Source: Camelus ferus (Eukaryota). Taken from it: a stretch of DNA of 64,000 nucleotides. The notes beneath the pieces were generated by a model. The model ran no database searches, was not told the DNA's origin, and was given only the letters and a program-made list of their open reading frames with translations. Positions 61,336 through 64,000 of the stretch are shown piece by piece; position 1 is the first letter of the stretch; each line of letters begins with the position of its first letter. A program made the translations under genes and the position numbers. The stretch spans positions 46,440,001 to 46,504,000 of the forward strand of contig NC_045697.1 of NCBI RefSeq assembly GCF_009834535.1, in the 5' to 3' direction.

Positions 61336-63512
61336 AACTAAATTATGTTCCATTTCATATAGAAGCCTTTAGAACCCTCTTAAATGGAATCATATTGCGT
61401 TTGTTTCTATTTTACAATCCAATAGCAAAAATTTCCACAGTTTACCTAAAACTAAACCTTCAATTCAATCCTGAACTCAGTAAGTTAGCCAATGCCAGTG
61501 CTCTCAGATTTGGAACGTGTTTTCCAGCCCCTAAAGCTCTCAGGCTCTAAAAATAGCCTCCCTAGACCTAAGGGCCCCCAAATTTTCCTCAGTTATAATT
61601 CTCTCATCCAGAACATTTTTCTACCACATTTTAGCACCTGAGTGAATTTTATCCATTCCATATATCCCCTTTGGGATCATATAAATACAACTTAACTTTC
61701 TTAGAATCTGTGTTACTAATATGCCAAGTGTAAAATGATTCAATGTGCAGCAAAAGTTGTTAATCAATTACTGACAAAAATAAACACCAAATATTCAATA
61801 CAGAATTGGACCCCAGGATATGAAATCAAGGAGAGAACTGTCAAAGAAAACTTGTATCAGACAAGTTAAATAGGCAAAGAAGACTTTAATTTTTACTTAT
61901 ATCTTAAGCATCTTAAATAATATGTGATTTGTTGCATACAATTTCTTGATATTTTCATTATGCATCATACTTCTAAGAGTTTGTTTCTCTAATTTATTAT
62001 CTATGCTTCATTGTTTTGAGTAATTAATTCTGTTTTTAATTCCAGTAGTGGCAACTTTTATAAAAGTAATAATGTTAAAACATATTTCTCATATCACCCT
62101 CAGAAATGAGGTAGTATCTAGTGAATACCCACTGTGAAATACGAATAAGTTAACACTTTTACAGACATTTTTATTCCCTCCTTCTTTCTTCTGTGTCTCA
62201 GGTTTTGTTAATTTGCTATGATTTTTCTTCCTCCAATTGATTTTAGGAAACATATCATTATTATTTCTTTACGTGGACAAAGGCGTCTCAAGATGGCCGT
62301 AGGTCCCTGTATAAGGAGACTCAATGATTCCTTCCACTCTTTTCCTACCACACCTCATGGTTGGTTAATTTCCACCCCCAAGGTAACTGGGAACTTAGTT
62401 CATTCTGGGCAACAGGCCAGAACTAGGGATTCAACACAAGGTAGGCCAGTCACTAACTATCCTTCCTGACAGCAGCTCCTAGTGTAGTAGACAGAACTTC
62501 CAAATGAGGAAAGAAAAGTTGCTTCTCTTTTCTTATACTTTCAATAATGTTCATTTAAAAAAAATTTTTCATTTTCATTCTTTCACTTTTCACTGAGTTC
62601 TCACTTGATAGTAGGAAACTCTATGGGCACTCCAGTCACATCGTTTCATTTGTGTTTCAAGGCACGCATACTTGACATTTTAAATTTCGATTCTGCTTAA
62701 TTAATTCTCACGGCTTCACAAGCAGCTCTTCGGTTTACCTCTGGGTAAGGAATTTTCCCTGTCTCGTCTGCTTCGTTCACCCTCACATATTTGTTTCGAA
62801 CATTTGGATTTGTGCTTGCTCAATGGTGTGTGAGTTTGAAATGCCAGGGGAAAATAATTGGACAATGCCATCTACTCAAAGTTTAAAAGCTTAATTATGT
62901 TTCTAGTGTTCTATCACTTGTCAGAAGCCACTATGTTGAATCTCAGATGGTTATCCGTAAGTTCTTGTGTCTTGAAAAGTATCCTGGGAATGAATTTTTA
63001 AAGCACTGTCTCAACTCATTTTCTTACAAATCTCTTTCTATTCACAAATCATTACTACTGTCTTACCAAATTTCTTGTGAGAAGGGAATCCCTGAGAGAC
63101 AGATTTAAAGAAACAAAACAAAAACAGAGCCATCTAAATAGTCAAATGGTAGGAAGTTCTAAAAAGTAGAAAACTTTGTTTTAATTCTGCATCAGAAGTC
63201 CCCTGTCAGTGTGGTGGTCTATGAAATTATTTTACTAATTTATTCCTTTGTGAAATGAGAGGAGGAGAAGGAAAGCAGTTGCCCTTAAGTCACTGCTTTG
63301 AAAACTCAAGAGGGTATGATGGTCTGGGTAATCCCATTTGCAAAGACATCTGGGAAGAAGTACCACCTAAGTGGCCTTCAGTAGAATTTTTTTTTTTCAA
63401 AAAAATTCCCTAATACAACTTTCTTCATAAACATTTCATTTTCTATATCTGAAAGCTTCACAATGTGTACATAAAATGTTCTATGATGCCTTATGAAAGA
63501 TAATAAACACAT

Positions 63513-63538
63513 TTTATTTATTTATTTATTTATTTATT
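63513..63538. repeat. (TTTA)n microsatellite
   Basis: Directly visible, about 6 units. Confidence 0.9.
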
Positions 63539-64000
63539 GGTTTATTATACAGTTCATTTTTCCCCCAAACTTAATCCCATGCTAATCTCCATGAAACATT
63601 TAATACCAGTTTGCTGCTGTTGTTGTCCTAGGAAACACAGTTTGGGGAACCTTGCCTTGGGGACATGTTTCTCATGAAGCTTATGACTTTGAGATTTAAG
63701 TCAATAGTTTAAAAAGGAATAAAAAGGATGGCAGACAATCATTTTGTTTTACACTTGACTCTTGAACAACTGGAACAGGCAAGCACATGTGCATCCACAG
63801 ACAAAGAAAGCTTCCATGGGGAAGTCTGTCTCTATACTTATGCCCAATTCTAGGACTTTGGCTCTTTGTCCCCAGATATTAACCTCACTCCCATTATTGC
63901 CCAATACTAACAACTTCTATATCATTTTAATGTGTAAAAAATGGAAACTCATTTAAACTAATAATACTGGATGTAAGTTCATGCTAACGTATTAATTATG

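Noticed and set aside
1..64000. The short ORFs (60-120 aa) in the six-frame track as genes
   Set aside because: None resembles a cellular protein I recognise. Many start at non-ATG codons or lie within repeats, and their number and length look like chance. The only recognisable peptides are decayed L1 ORF1p/ORF2p fragments.
1..64000. CRISPR array, operon or prokaryotic defence system
   Set aside because: The DNA is mammalian and no regularly spaced repeat-spacer structure was seen.

Overview
This is AT-rich eutherian (mammalian) genomic DNA, most likely camelid. The evidence is a tRNA-Ala-like SINE of the camelid Vic-1 type at 56751-56837 and two cetartiodactyl-type L1 3' ends. I recognise no protein-coding gene. 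The ORF track is mostly chance ORFs, plus decayed LINE-1 ORF1/ORF2 fragments. Much of the window is interspersed repeat: ancient L1M, L2 and MIR; MaLR (MLT1) and ERVL (LTR16) solo LTRs; three closely spaced ERV1-like solo LTRs at 9.3-11.6 kb; and hAT DNA elements (MER5A, MER58, MER53). Repeat-poor stretches lie at about 32-38 kb, 48-55 kb and 61.3-64 kb. They contain several candidate spliced exons with no recognisable product, and local CpG clusters occur nearby, so they may be regulatory or lncRNA sequence. The sequence alone does not support a new biological system. The best leads are a CpG-dense ancient LTR, a CpG-elevated unique segment, candidate non-coding exons, and junction palindromes. 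Repeat family names come from recalled consensus motifs, not a database search, and most boundaries are approximate.
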